Below are positions 53,473 to 63,506 of a DNA stretch of 64,000 nt, piece after piece (within the stretch, counting starts at the first letter, position 1; every line of letters begins with the position of its first letter). Made by a program: the position numbers and the translations under genes. Below the pieces are notes generated by a model, which was not told the DNA's origin, searched no databases, and saw only the letters and a list, made by a program, of their open reading frames with translations. Source of the stretch: Gammaproteobacteria bacterium (GTDB lineage Bacteria > Pseudomonadota > Gammaproteobacteria > Steroidobacterales > XN24); assembly GCA_024640085.1 (NCBI GenBank), contig JAHEFR010000073.1:347-64346 (forward strand), read 5' to 3'.

Positions 53473-54822
53473 ATGGAAGACCATCCAAGCGCTGAATTTG
53501 GCATGAGTCGTGATCAACTCGAGGACATCGTCCGGGAGGCGGTCAACGGCGCCCGGACCCACGGGGCCGACCAGGCCGAGGCCGCCGCGAGTCTCGGGAC
53601 CGGACTGTCGGTGACGGTGAGGAGAGGCGAGGTCGAAACGCTGGAATACCAGCGGGACCGCAGTTTTACGGTGACGGTCTATTTCGGCCGCAGGAAAGGC
53701 AGCGCCAGCACCTCCGACCTGTCTCCCGGAGCGGTGGCGGAATGCGTCGAGAAGGCCTGCTCGATAGCCCGATTCACCGCCGAAGATCCGTTTGCCGGGC
53801 TGGCGGAAGCCAGCCTCATGGCGCAGGACCCGCCGGATCTCGAGCTCGACAGACCATGGCCGTTGACGCCCGAGAAGGCCATCGATATGGCCACGGTGTG
53901 CGAGGCCGCCGGCATGGCCGTGGACGGGCGCATTTCGAATTCGGAGGGCGGCACCGTCAACACGGGGCGAGGTGTCCGCGTGTACGGCAACAGCCACGGT
54001 TTCGTCGGCAGCTACGCCAGCACCAGCCACGGTGTCTCCTGTGTCCTGGTGGCCGGGACCGGTGACGGCATGGAGCGTGACTACTGGTACACCAGTGCCC
54101 GGGATCCCGAGGCCTTGATGAGCCCGGAGGATGTCGGAAGGCAAGCAGCCGAGCGGACCCTGCGCCGCCTGGGCGGCCGCAAGATATCCACCCGGACCGC
54201 GCCGGTGATATTCCCGGCTGAACTTGCCCGCGGCATGCTCGGCAGTTTCGTGTCGGCGATCCGCGGCACCGCTCAGTACCGTCATGCGTCATTTCTCCTC
54301 GATGCGGTGGGACAAGCGGTTTTTCCGGCCGGAGTCAGGATCGACGAGAGGCCGCACCTCCCGGGCGCCATGGCCAGCGTGCCGTTCGACAGCGAGGGGG
54401 TAGCGACAAGCGACCGAGTGCTTGTGGACGGGGGCGTACTCCGGTCGCTGGTCCTGAGCAGTTATTCCGCGAGAAAGCTCGGACTCCAGACCACAGGCAA
54501 TGCCGGCGGCGTCCACAATCTGGTGGTGTCCGGCGGTGGCGGCAGCCTCGACGAACTGACCCGGACCATGGGCGAGGGCTTTCTGGTCAATGAACTCATG
54601 GGGCAGGGCGTCAACGTAGTCACTGGGGACTACTCGCGTGGTGCGTCCGGATTCTGGATCGAGGGCGGGGAGATCGCCTACCCGGTGACCGAGGTGACCA
54701 TCGCAGGCAACATGAAGGATATGCTGTCGGGTATCTCCGCCATCGGTGACGACGTCGACATCCGAGGAACGATCCGTACCGGTTCCATTCTGCTGGACAG
54801 GATGCGAATCGCAGGCGCTTAG
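53473..54822 (+). CDS. pmbA: Metalloprotease PmbA (TldE)
   Basis: GLSVTVRRGEVETLEYQRDRSFTVTVYFGRRKGSASTSDLSP aligns with the E. coli PmbA N-terminal region. The start is ATG 53473 or 53503. Confidence 0.92.
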   Translation: MEDHPSAEFGMSRDQLEDIVREAVNGARTHGADQAEAAASLGTGLSVTVRRGEVETLEYQRDRSFTVTVYFGRRKGSASTSDLSPGAVAECVEKACSIARFTAEDPFAGLAEASLMAQDPPDLELDRPWPLTPEKAIDMATVCEAAGMAVDGRISNSEGGTVNTGRGVRVYGNSHGFVGSYASTSHGVSCVLVAGTGDGMERDYWYTSARDPEALMSPEDVGRQAAERTLRRLGGRKISTRTAPVIFPAELARGMLGSFVSAIRGTAQYRHASFLLDAVGQAVFPAGVRIDERPHLPGAMASVPFDSEGVATSDRVLVDGGVLRSLVLSSYSARKLGLQTTGNAGGVHNLVVSGGGGSLDELTRTMGEGFLVNELMGQGVNVVTGDYSRGASGFWIEGGEIAYPVTEVTIAGNMKDMLSGISAIGDDVDIRGTIRTGSILLDRMRIAGA

Positions 54823-54847
54823 CCAGGAAGTCGGCCCGGTATCCGGG

Positions 54848-56167
54848 TTAGGTTGCCGATTCCGACTGGTCTGACCGGATCAGGTCGCGCAGCGTCTGGT
54901 CCCCGAGTTCGCGGCTGACGGCTTGCTCCACCCGGTGTACCAGTTCTGCCGCTGACGGGTCGGCATGCATCTCAGGTACCGTCCGGCTGGGCTTTCGCAT
55001 GGCCGCAAAGATATCTGACAGTCGGATCTCGGCCAGGTCGCGTCCGGGCACCATTCCACCGGTCTCGGTCCTCTCGACCAGACCCGAGGACTCGAGACAG
55101 GCGGAGACCTGGGCGACCGCCTCCTCGGGCAGACCCACCTCGCTGGCAATCTCGTGGAGGGCGTGGGGGGGCGGACCGGCCATGAAACGACTGCCGATGC
55201 GCATCATCAGGGCCACAGCCAGGGTTTCCCGCTCCCGCCCGGTGAGAGTCAGCCGTTTGCGCCCGATCTTGAGGTACTCCGGATGCTGGAAGTAGAAGGC
55301 GATCTGGCCGCCCAGGAGAAGTATCAGCCAGTTCAGGTACAGCCAGATCAGGGCGATGATAATGATGGCGAAACTGGAGTAGATGGCCGCGTACTTCGTG
55401 GATCCGACCACGACGGCGGCGAAGACCTTGCCGGTGACTGCCCAGGTCACACCACCGATCGCGCCTCCTGCAAGGGCAGCCGAGATCCTGACGCGCGTGT
55501 TGGTGACGAAGATATAGACGAAGGCGAATACGAACGTGACGATCACCAGAGGCACCATGCGACCGGCGAGGACCAGGGTCGTGCCGAAGGGCTCGATGGT
55601 GATGATCTTCTGCACCAGGGCATTCGACGTGACCGATCCGATCATGCCGATGGCGGCCAGCATCAGTATCGGCCCGACCAGGATGACGCTGAGATAATCG
55701 CTGAACCTCCGGGCCAGGGAGCGCGCCTGCTTGACCTGCCAGATCCAGTTGAAGCTGTTCTCCACCTTCTGGACCATGCTCACAACCGTGTATACCAGCA
55801 GAAGCAGGCCGATACCGCCCAGCACGCTGCCCTTGACGTTGTCCACGAAGTCGATGATCTGGTTGGTCAGTTCGGTGCCCTTGGGACCGAGGGGCTCGAA
55901 GAACTTGTACAGATAGGGCTCCATATTTCGGTGGAAGCCGAAGCCCTTGAGGATCGAGAAGCTGAAGGCGATGAGCGGGACGATGGATAGCAGCGTGGTG
56001 TATACCAGGCTCATGGCCCGGAGCGTCAACTGGCCGCTGGCGACATCCCGGCCCACGGCGTACGCGTATTGCAGGATGGTGATAGCCAGCCGCCCGGGCC
56101 CCGAGGCCATGACTGGGGGCGGGTTCCAGAGGAACTCTTCAGCGCGTTTGATCCAGGTAGCAGTCAT
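54848..56167 (-). CDS. YihY/BrkB family membrane protein with a C-terminal winged-helix-like extension
   Basis: The N-terminal ~290 aa have six hydrophobic helices with SLVYTTLLSIVPLIAFSFSIL (YihY). A further ~140 aa include LHEIASEVGLPEEAVAQVSACLESSGLVERTETGG, which is Rrf2/MarR-like. Confidence 0.8.
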   Translation of the reverse strand: MTATWIKRAEEFLWNPPPVMASGPGRLAITILQYAYAVGRDVASGQLTLRAMSLVYTTLLSIVPLIAFSFSILKGFGFHRNMEPYLYKFFEPLGPKGTELTNQIIDFVDNVKGSVLGGIGLLLLVYTVVSMVQKVENSFNWIWQVKQARSLARRFSDYLSVILVGPILMLAAIGMIGSVTSNALVQKIITIEPFGTTLVLAGRMVPLVIVTFVFAFVYIFVTNTRVRISAALAGGAIGGVTWAVTGKVFAAVVVGSTKYAAIYSSFAIIIIALIWLYLNWLILLLGGQIAFYFQHPEYLKIGRKRLTLTGRERETLAVALMMRIGSRFMAGPPPHALHEIASEVGLPEEAVAQVSACLESSGLVERTETGGMVPGRDLAEIRLSDIFAAMRKPSRTVPEMHADPSAAELVHRVEQAVSRELGDQTLRDLIRSDQSESAT

Positions 56168-56265
56168 CCGGCCTATCCCGCGTCATATGGCGGCTCAAGC
56201 GTTGCAGAACCGACTGGCGCTGGCAAGCGGATGCCGGCGCCCGACGGAGACAGGGCGGGCGCAGG

Positions 56266-57159
56266 TCAGGGGCCGGGCGCCCCGGTCAGGAGGCGCAGGG
56301 CTTCCAGGTATTTCTCGCTTGTTCGCTGGATGATTTCCGGCGGCAGGGCAGGGCCAGGTGCCCGCTTGTCCCAATCGAGGGTCTCGAGGTAGTCCCGCAC
56401 GAACTGCTTGTCGAAGCTCGGCGGGCTGATGCCCGGCCGGTAGGATCGCGCCGGCCAGAATCGAGAGGAATCCGGCGTCAGAATCTCGTCGATAAGGTAG
56501 AGCTGCCCGTCCTCGTCCAGCCCGAACTCGAACTTGGTATCGGCGATGATGATGCCCCGGGAGCGGGCGTATTCGGCGGCATCGGTATACAGCCGCAGCG
56601 TCACGTCCCTGACCTGGGCTGCCAGATCGTGCCCGACAAGGTCCGTCACCCGTTCGAAACTGATGTTCTCGTCGTGTTCCCCCGATTCCGCTTTGGTCGC
56701 GGGCGTGAAGATGGGTTCGGGCAGCCGGTCGGCGAGATTCAGGCCTTCCGGGAGGGCGATCCCGCAGACCCCGCCGGTGGCCCGGTAATCCTTCCAGCCC
56801 GACCCGATCAGGTACCCGCGCGCCACCGCCTCGATCGGCAGTGCCTTCAGCCGCCGCGTCACGGTACTGCGCCTGGCCAGGATCTCGATGTCCTCCCCGG
56901 CAGGCAGGACGCTGGAGAGGGGGGTGTCCAGCAGGTGATTGCGGATGATGTTCCCTGTCCGGGCGAACCAGAAGTTGGAGATCTGGGTAAGGACCTCGCC
57001 CTTGCCCGGGATCGGGTTCGGCAGCACCACGTCAAACGCCGACAGGCGATCGGTGGTGACGATAAGCAGACGCTCGCCGTCGACGGCATAGACGTCCCGA
57101 ACCTTGCCCCTGTGGAGCAACTCCAGGCCAGAAATCCGGGATTCGAACAGCGCTTCCAT
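56266..57159 (-). CDS. purC: Phosphoribosylaminoimidazole-succinocarboxamide synthase
   Basis: [33 protein letters not shown]...[10 protein letters not shown] matches PurC. Confidence 0.95.
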   Translation of the reverse strand: MEALFESRISGLELLHRGKVRDVYAVDGERLLIVTTDRLSAFDVVLPNPIPGKGEVLTQISNFWFARTGNIIRNHLLDTPLSSVLPAGEDIEILARRSTVTRRLKALPIEAVARGYLIGSGWKDYRATGGVCGIALPEGLNLADRLPEPIFTPATKAESGEHDENISFERVTDLVGHDLAAQVRDVTLRLYTDAAEYARSRGIIIADTKFEFGLDEDGQLYLIDEILTPDSSRFWPARSYRPGISPPSFDKQFVRDYLETLDWDKRAPGPALPPEIIQRTSEKYLEALRLLTGAPGP

Positions 57160-57169
57160 CGTCAGCTAC

Positions 57170-57664
57170 CTAGGACAATCCTTCAGGCGTGTTGTCCAGG
57201 GGCGGCGAGGGCGGCACTTCCCTGGGGAAATTGGACTCGTCCTTCATCAGTTCAGCGAAACGGAAAGCGGCGTCGTGGTTCTCGCCCCAGTCCCAGCTCT
57301 CCGCTGCCTCGCGGCCCTGCTCCTGGACATGGAGAGCCGCCTCATCCTGCGCTCGATAGAGCATCTTGAGCGTGCGGAGAACGTCCTCTCGCGTGCTGCC
57401 ATCGAAGGTCAGCAGGGCCCTGCCCATGGCGTTGATTACGTCGTCTCTGTCCAGCGCGGTCGGCAGCGAGTGATGTCTGGCCAGCGCGTTGGCCGCGCCG
57501 AAGATGTAATGGAGGAAATAGGTGTGCATCACAGGATCCTCGAAGGTGTCCTGCCCGGCCGCCTTGGCCGAGAACTCGCCGAACAGCAAGGTCTGGTAGG
57601 CGACTTTCGTGATCGTTTCCTGCCGCACTGGGTCAGTGCCCGCGTTTTCGTGTCCTGATACCAT
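57170..57664 (-). CDS. Hypothetical protein (164 aa), no family recognised
   Basis: Protein-like composition (MVSGHENAGTDPVRQETITKVAYQTLLFGEF...WDWGENHDAAFRFAELMKDE). The stop lies 10 nt before the purC start. The opposite-strand ORF is Arg-rich and looks non-coding. Confidence 0.55.
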   Translation of the reverse strand: MVSGHENAGTDPVRQETITKVAYQTLLFGEFSAKAAGQDTFEDPVMHTYFLHYIFGAANALARHHSLPTALDRDDVINAMGRALLTFDGSTREDVLRTLKMLYRAQDEAALHVQEQGREAAESWDWGENHDAAFRFAELMKDESNFPREVPPSPPLDNTPEGLS

Positions 57665-57785
57665 GGGAAATCTTCTTTCCGCCGTGGATGCGCAGATTGG
57701 GGAAGCGCGCAATTCTTGCAGCAGGAATGATCAAACGTCAATTCTCGATCCGGTGGCGCCGCCCGCCGATGTCCGGCTACGGACG

Positions 57786-58568
57786 GTGAGCTGGGCAGGA
57801 AAGGTCCTCGGCGCGACACTGGGCGCCGTCGCAGGCGGGCCGGTCGGAGCCATCCTCGGCGCACTGGTCGGACACCAGTTCGATCGCGGCACCTCGGAGA
57901 CACGGGGCCTGCCGCCTCCGTCCGTGCAGCAGGCTTTCTTCGAGACCACATTCTCGGTCATGGGGAGGATCGCGAAGGCTGACGGGCGCGTGTCTGAGAC
58001 CGAAATCCGGGCCGCCAGGGCAGTGATGCATCACATGCGCCTGTCCGCAGAGCAGGTCAAGCAGGCCATAAGGCTGTTTACCGAGGGCAAGAGCCAGTCC
58101 TATCCGGTCTTCGAGGCGGTGGAGCGGCTGCGCCGCATGACCCCGCGGCGCCACGATCTTCACCGGGCCTTCATGGAAATACAGATGCAGGCCATGCTGG
58201 CCGGGGATTCGATGAACCCGGACGGTCGGAGTGTGCTCTGGGACGTCGCCCAGGCGTTGCGTATCTCACGGGTCGAACTCGCCCAGATCGAGGCTCTCGT
58301 CCGGCTGCATCGTGCGAGATCTGATTCGCGAGGTTCGGCCCGATCCATGCGGACCGATCTGGGAGAGGCCTACCGTGTCCTGGGCGTGGCGCCGGAGGCC
58401 AGCGAGAAGGAGGTCAAGACCGCGTATCGGCGGCTGATGAATCAGCACCATCCCGATAAGCTGAAGGCCCGCGGCATGCCCGAGTCCATGATCCCGGTGG
58501 CGGAGGAAAAGACCCGCGAAATCAGGGCTGCGTACGATGCCGTGCGCCAATCGCGAGGCATGCGTTGA
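57786..58568 (+). CDS. djlA: Co-chaperone DjlA (TM + TerB-like + J domain)
   Basis: Gly-rich TM WAGKVLGATLGAVAGGPVGAILGALVGHQFD, the central segment VMGRIAKADGRVSETEI, and the C-terminal J domain EAYRVLGVAPEASEKEVKTAYRRLMNQHHPDKL. GTG 57786 was chosen so the TM segment is N-terminal; the track ORF starts at 57609. Confidence 0.85.
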   Translation: MSWAGKVLGATLGAVAGGPVGAILGALVGHQFDRGTSETRGLPPPSVQQAFFETTFSVMGRIAKADGRVSETEIRAARAVMHHMRLSAEQVKQAIRLFTEGKSQSYPVFEAVERLRRMTPRRHDLHRAFMEIQMQAMLAGDSMNPDGRSVLWDVAQALRISRVELAQIEALVRLHRARSDSRGSARSMRTDLGEAYRVLGVAPEASEKEVKTAYRRLMNQHHPDKLKARGMPESMIPVAEEKTREIRAAYDAVRQSRGMR

Positions 58569-58633
58569 TCGCGGGCTGCAAGACCTGGTGGCTTCGGTTA
58601 GAGTGAGGTTTCCTGTTTCTGGATGATGCTGCG

Positions 58634-59305
58634 ATGAACGATATCCTGATCGCTCCCTCGATACTGTCGGCGGATTTTGCCCGGCTCGGAGAAGAAGTGA
58701 GCGCGGTCCTGGCGGCAGGGGCGGACATCGTCCATTTTGACGTCATGGACAATCACTATGTGCCGAACCTGACCATCGGTCCCATGGTTTGCAGGGCGCT
58801 GCGCGATTACGGGATCGAGGCACCCATCGACGTCCACCTCATGGTCAGCCCGGTGGATTCCCTGATTGACGATTTCGCTGACGCCGGAGCAACCTGGATC
58901 ACCTTCCATCCGGAGGCCAGCGAGCACGTGGACCGAAGCCTGCAGTTGATCCGCGAAAAAGGCTGCAGGTCGGGACTGGTCTTCAATCCCGGGACACCTT
59001 TGAGCTGGCTCGAGTATCTGCTGGACAAGGTGGATATGGTGCTGATCATGTCGGTCAATCCGGGATTCGGAGGTCAGAAGTTCATCCCCTCGGCGCTGAG
59101 GAAGATTTCGGAGGCCCGCCGCCTCATCGATGGGAGCGGGCTGGATATCCGACTGGAGGTCGATGGGGGCGTGAAGGTCGACAACATCGGCGAGATCGCC
59201 AGGGCGGGAGCCGACACATTCGTGGCCGGCTCCGCCATCTTCGGTAGCTCCGATTACGCCGACACCATCCGACGCATGCGGGAGGAAGTCGCCGGCGCCG
59301 CCTGA
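58634..59305 (+). CDS. rpe: Ribulose-phosphate 3-epimerase
   Basis: [17 protein letters not shown]...[14 protein letters not shown]...[13 protein letters not shown] matches Rpe. Confidence 0.96.
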   Translation: MNDILIAPSILSADFARLGEEVSAVLAAGADIVHFDVMDNHYVPNLTIGPMVCRALRDYGIEAPIDVHLMVSPVDSLIDDFADAGATWITFHPEASEHVDRSLQLIREKGCRSGLVFNPGTPLSWLEYLLDKVDMVLIMSVNPGFGGQKFIPSALRKISEARRLIDGSGLDIRLEVDGGVKVDNIGEIARAGADTFVAGSAIFGSSDYADTIRRMREEVAGAA

Positions 59306-59325
59306 GCGGCCGACGGGGTCCACCG

Positions 59326-59910
59326 ATGGTCCTCGTCATCGACAATTACGACTCCTTTACCTACAACCTGGTGCAATATCTGGGTGAGCTCGGCGCCGAA
59401 AGCCTGGTATTTCGCAACGACAGGATCACCGTGGAGGGCATCCGCCGCCTGAGGCCACAGGCCCTGGTGATCTCCCCCGGCCCGTGTGCGCCGGACGCCG
59501 CCGGTATTTCGGTGTCTGCAGTCGTGGAGCTGGGTAACGAGATTCCTATTCTTGGGGTCTGTCTCGGCCATCAGAGCATCGGTCAGGCTTTCGGCGGGAC
59601 TATCGTCCATGCCGCACGGGTCATGCACGGCAAGACGTCTCTCATCGAGCATGATGGCCGCGGCGTATTCGCGGGACTGCCCAGCCCGATCGAGGCGACT
59701 CGCTACCACTCTCTGGTGGTGTCCAGAGGCGGGCTACCGCGTTGCCTGGAAGAAACGGCCTGGACCACGGCGCAGGGCGGCGTCCGGCACGAGATCATGG
59801 GATTGAGGCACCGGGATTTGCCGGTAGAAGGGGTGCAGTTTCACCCGGAGTCGATACTGACCCCTGCGGGAAAGGCGATCCTCGGGAACTTTCTGGCGGG
59901 ATGCAGTTGA
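59326..59910 (+). CDS. trpG: Anthranilate/aminodeoxychorismate synthase glutamine amidotransferase component
   Basis: [22 protein letters not shown]...ILGVCLGHQ...GVQFHPES is the class I GATase triad. Confidence 0.9.
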   Translation: MVLVIDNYDSFTYNLVQYLGELGAESLVFRNDRITVEGIRRLRPQALVISPGPCAPDAAGISVSAVVELGNEIPILGVCLGHQSIGQAFGGTIVHAARVMHGKTSLIEHDGRGVFAGLPSPIEATRYHSLVVSRGGLPRCLEETAWTTAQGGVRHEIMGLRHRDLPVEGVQFHPESILTPAGKAILGNFLAGCS

Positions 59911-59919
59911 AGTGGCGGA

Positions 59920-60573
59920 TCAGTTCTTCTCGCCGCGTCGGACGTTGTAGACGACGATGGTCTTGCCCTTCGCGTGCAGTAGACCCTGCTCCTCCAGCAC
60001 CTTGAGGACGCGACCAGCCATCTCGCGGGAGCATCCGACCAGTCGTGACAGCTCCTGTCGGCTGACCTTGATCTGCATGCCGTCCGGATGGGTCATGGCG
60101 TCCGGCTCGTTGCATAGATCCATGATGGCATGAGCGATTCGGCCGGTGACATCGACGAACGCCAGGTCGCCCAGCTTCTTGTTGGTCCGCTCCAGCCGAC
60201 TTGCGAGCTGCGTGGCCAGCTCGAATAACAGACCCGGGCTCTCGTTGGCGATCTGCCTGAAGCGGGGATAGGTCATCTCGGCCAGTTCACTCTCGATCCG
60301 GGTCCGCACCCAGGCGCTCCGGGTCGGCTGCTCGTAGAACAGGCCCATCTCGCCAAAGAACTGGCCCTTGTTGAGGTAGGACAGCACCATCTCGTTACCG
60401 TCCTCGTCTTCGATCATGACCTCGACCGACCCATCGACCACATAGTAGAGGATGTCGGGAAGATCCCCGGCGTGGATCACGACGGTCTTCGACGGAACCT
60501 TGCGGATCCGACAAAGGGACAGAAACTTGTTGATGGCCGGGATGTCGCTTAGGGTCTGAGCAGATTCAGCCAT
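59920..60573 (-). CDS. crp: cAMP receptor protein (Crp/Vfr family)
   Basis: cNMP-binding FFGEMGLF...RSAWVRT and the HTH RQELSRLVGCSREMAGRVLKVLEEQGLLHAKGKTIVVY, nearly identical in pattern to E. coli Crp. Confidence 0.92.
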   Translation of the reverse strand: MAESAQTLSDIPAINKFLSLCRIRKVPSKTVVIHAGDLPDILYYVVDGSVEVMIEDEDGNEMVLSYLNKGQFFGEMGLFYEQPTRSAWVRTRIESELAEMTYPRFRQIANESPGLLFELATQLASRLERTNKKLGDLAFVDVTGRIAHAIMDLCNEPDAMTHPDGMQIKVSRQELSRLVGCSREMAGRVLKVLEEQGLLHAKGKTIVVYNVRRGEKN

Positions 60574-60694
60574 TTACCTGCCTTATTGGGTGCGGGAATA
60601 TGTCAAGCCACGTCACTTTTAATACAGGTGGCGGCTGAGAGCAAGCGCAGGTCCCGCGGACCGGGTCCCGTTCGAGGCAAACAGCGAGCCGCCC

Positions 60695-61336
60695 CTAGAG
60701 CCGATAGGCGCCCCGGGTCATGACCCTGGACACGATGCCCATGAGGCCCCGGAACGGCGCCGGCAAGGCTGCTCCCCCTGCCTCCTCGGCAACTTTCCCG
60801 TGACATTTTTCGTCGGTTCTCATTTGTTCCAGGATGGCTTTGCTGCGTTCATCGCCCTCGGGCAGCCTGCCGAGGTGATCCTCGAGGTGCCTGACGACCT
60901 GCCGCTCGGTCTCGGCCACGAATCCCAGGCTCCATCGGTCCCCGATCAGGCCGGCAGTCGCCCCGATCGTGAATGCGCCCGCATACCAGAGAGGATTGAG
61001 GATGCTCGGACGGCTGCCGAGTTCCGAGAGCCGTTCCTCGCACCAGGCCAGGTGGTCGTTCTCCTCTTCGGCCGCCTGCTCCATGGACTCCCTGACCTGG
61101 TCCAGGCGCGCAGTCGCCGCCTGTCCCTGGTAGAGACCCTGAGCCGCGATCTCCCCGGCGTGATTGACCCGCATCAGCCCGGCCACATGCCGGCGATCCT
61201 GATCCCCGTGGACCGTCTCCGGCAGCTGGGCGGCCGGATTTGCGCGTCTGGGCCTTGGCGCTTGCGAGAACACGGTACGTAGCGCCCGGTCCGCGCCGGC
61301 GATGAGCTGATCGAAAGGGGACAGGGTCCGTCTCAT
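60695..61336 (-). CDS. coq7: Demethoxyubiquinone hydroxylase (di-iron Coq7)
   Basis: [19 protein letters not shown]...EEENDHLAW...[14 protein letters not shown]...DEKCHG are the ExxH di-iron motifs. The ATG at 61336 was chosen. Confidence 0.9.
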   Translation of the reverse strand: MRRTLSPFDQLIAGADRALRTVFSQAPRPRRANPAAQLPETVHGDQDRRHVAGLMRVNHAGEIAAQGLYQGQAATARLDQVRESMEQAAEEENDHLAWCEERLSELGSRPSILNPLWYAGAFTIGATAGLIGDRWSLGFVAETERQVVRHLEDHLGRLPEGDERSKAILEQMRTDEKCHGKVAEEAGGAALPAPFRGLMGIVSRVMTRGAYRL

Positions 61337-61349
61337 GGGCATGATTATA

Positions 61350-62690
61350 TCAATCGGTCGCCTCAAGACTCCGCCGGAGGAGGCTCACCGGATGCAGGAC
61401 CATGGCGCGGTGACCGGCAGCCTCCAGGGCTCCGGACAGGTGGAGCGCGCAACCGACGTTGGATACGGCCACGTATTCCGGATCCAGGGCCAGGATCTCA
61501 TCCAGGATGGGTGCGACGAGCGCGTCCGCCTGCGCGGCCCGAGTGAGGAAGTGATCACCAGCCGCTCCACAGCAGCCGAAACCCGCTCCCAGGATGCGCA
61601 CATCCAGTCCCGGGATACGGGAGAGCAGCCCGGCATTCAGGTCGTCTCGGCGGCGGTTGTTCCGGGCCGTACATGGCTGGAACAGCGCAGCCCGTCCGGT
61701 TAGCGGCCCGAGATCGGGCCAGCCTTCGCCCCAGCACGCGTGCAGGAACGAACCGAGATCATGGAGGCGCCGGCGGAAGTCGCCCCCCCGGCCGGCGGCC
61801 AGGCGGCCGTATTCGTCCAGCGTCGCGGCACAGCCGCTGGCCAGTGCCAGGATCGGGGTGTCCGTAGTACCGAAGGCGGCAAGGTTCTTCGCCGCCAGTT
61901 GCGAGGCCTCCCCCGCGTTACCGTCGTGCAGATCCAGAGCGCCGCAACAATCCTGTCCCGCTGGCATCTCGACCTGGTAGCCGCACCGGAACAGGACGTC
62001 GATGGCGTCTGTCTGGGTCTGCAGGTCCAGCGAGGAGCTGACACAGCCTTTGAAAAGCATCACCCGGGAGTGGGCCACTGTCGACTGTCTGCGGTGGCGA
62101 GATGTCCGATTTGGGGATTTCGCCGGCAGGCGCCAGAGAACGCGGCCGGGGAATGAGTCGGCACGGATCCCGAGCAGGCCACCGAGCCGGCGCGCGCCCA
62201 GGTGACGGCACCACCTCAGCAGCGCCAGCAGCGCTCGGGAAAGCCTTGGCAGCCTTGCTAGCGTCTTGGGCAACCTGTCCCAGAGCCCCTCGCGGTTTCC
62301 GCGGCGACGCAATTCGGCGCGACCGAGGTCGATCAGTTCGTCGTAAGGCACGCCCGCCGGGCAGACCGTCTGGCAGGTCAGGCACCCGGTGCAGTTTTTC
62401 AGGTGAAAGGCGGTACGCCCCCCCGCCGGGAGGCGGCCCATGGATAATCCCTGTATCAGGGCAATGCGGCCCCGGGGTGATTCCCCCTCAAGACCCCAAA
62501 TCCGGTAGGTGGGGCAGTGAGGAAGGCACAGGCCGCATTTCACGCACAGATCCGCCATGGCCAAGATCCGGGAATCCGAGCCGCTGGCGCTGGCGTCATC
62601 AGGAAGCGGGAGATCGGGGGGCGCGGCGGAATCCATATCGTTTGGAGGCGCGAAAGGAATCCGATATTCTACCGCGTCTTTTCCAACCAC
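61350..62690 (-). CDS. (Fe-S)-binding oxidoreductase, GlcF-like (2x 4Fe-4S motifs + 2 CCG domains)
   Basis: [14 protein letters not shown] and [15 protein letters not shown], then Cys-rich CCG-type regions (FKGCV...QDCCG; FQPC...GFGCCG). The start is GTG 62690 or ATG 62636. Confidence 0.82.
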   Translation of the reverse strand: MVGKDAVEYRIPFAPPNDMDSAAPPDLPLPDDASASGSDSRILAMADLCVKCGLCLPHCPTYRIWGLEGESPRGRIALIQGLSMGRLPAGGRTAFHLKNCTGCLTCQTVCPAGVPYDELIDLGRAELRRRGNREGLWDRLPKTLARLPRLSRALLALLRWCRHLGARRLGGLLGIRADSFPGRVLWRLPAKSPNRTSRHRRQSTVAHSRVMLFKGCVSSSLDLQTQTDAIDVLFRCGYQVEMPAGQDCCGALDLHDGNAGEASQLAAKNLAAFGTTDTPILALASGCAATLDEYGRLAAGRGGDFRRRLHDLGSFLHACWGEGWPDLGPLTGRAALFQPCTARNNRRRDDLNAGLLSRIPGLDVRILGAGFGCCGAAGDHFLTRAAQADALVAPILDEILALDPEYVAVSNVGCALHLSGALEAAGHRAMVLHPVSLLRRSLEATD

Positions 62691-62725
62691 CCTGAAGCCA
62701 TGGGTGTTGCCAGAGGGCTGAGCAA

Positions 62726-63493
62726 ATGCAATTCACGACCAGGATGCTGGCCGCCGCCGTCCTATTGTTCGGGTTCGCCCACCAGGGTCTCGCCCAGGAC
62801 GCAGACCTGTCCTTGCTGGAAAAGGCCTCCAGCGAGCAGGCCGAAGCGGGCTGGTCCGGCGCCGTTACCGCGAGCTTCTACGACCGAAAGGGCAATGCCC
62901 GCAATCAGGACTGGGGGCTTTCCCTCGCATGGGCGTATCAGACCGAGGGCAAGTGGCTGTTCGACGGATTCATCGGCGGCCAGTCCAAGTCGGAGGACAG
63001 CACCACCACTGACGAGAGCTACAAGTTCCAGAACGCGGCCAAGTACTTCTTCAACAAGAAGAGCTACGGGGTAGGGCGGGCCAACTACGAGAAGGACCGG
63101 TTCTCGGGCATCGAGGAAGAAGCCGGCCTCACCGGCGGTTACGGGCGCGAGCTGTTGCTTAGCGGGCCCCACCGGCTGGTGGGCGAGACCGGCGCCGGTA
63201 TCATCTGGACCAAGACGAGTGACGGCGAGAGCGATACCGGCGGTGTCGGCTACGGCGCCCTCTTCTACACCTGGAAACTGACCGACGCGTCCAGCTTCAG
63301 TCAGCTGGCGGGTGTGCGCTACTCGGAGGCCGATTCGAACTGGCGAGTGCGCTCGGTGTCCGAGGTCAAGGCCACGATCATCGGCAGTCTGGCCGGCAAG
63401 CTGAGCTTCGAGATCAAGCGCAACAGTGAAGTTCCAGCGGAGGACAAAAAGACCGACTATTACACCACCATGGGACTGGAATACTCGTTCTGA
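62726..63493 (+). CDS. DUF481 (YdiY-like) outer-membrane beta-barrel protein
   Basis: Signal peptide MQFTTRMLAAAVLLFGFAHQGLAQ, alternating beta-strand pattern, a KTDYYTTMGLEYSF C-terminus ending in Phe, and the motif ANYEKDRFSG. Confidence 0.75.
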   Translation: MQFTTRMLAAAVLLFGFAHQGLAQDADLSLLEKASSEQAEAGWSGAVTASFYDRKGNARNQDWGLSLAWAYQTEGKWLFDGFIGGQSKSEDSTTTDESYKFQNAAKYFFNKKSYGVGRANYEKDRFSGIEEEAGLTGGYGRELLLSGPHRLVGETGAGIIWTKTSDGESDTGGVGYGALFYTWKLTDASSFSQLAGVRYSEADSNWRVRSVSEVKATIIGSLAGKLSFEIKRNSEVPAEDKKTDYYTTMGLEYSF

Positions 63494-63506
63494 CCAGCGA
63501 TTCGCC

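Noticed and set aside
60601-60620. Possible CRP autoregulatory site upstream of crp (TGTCA-agccacg-TCACT)
   Set aside because: The half-sites each carry a mismatch and the spacer is 7 nt rather than 6. This cannot be distinguished from chance by eye.
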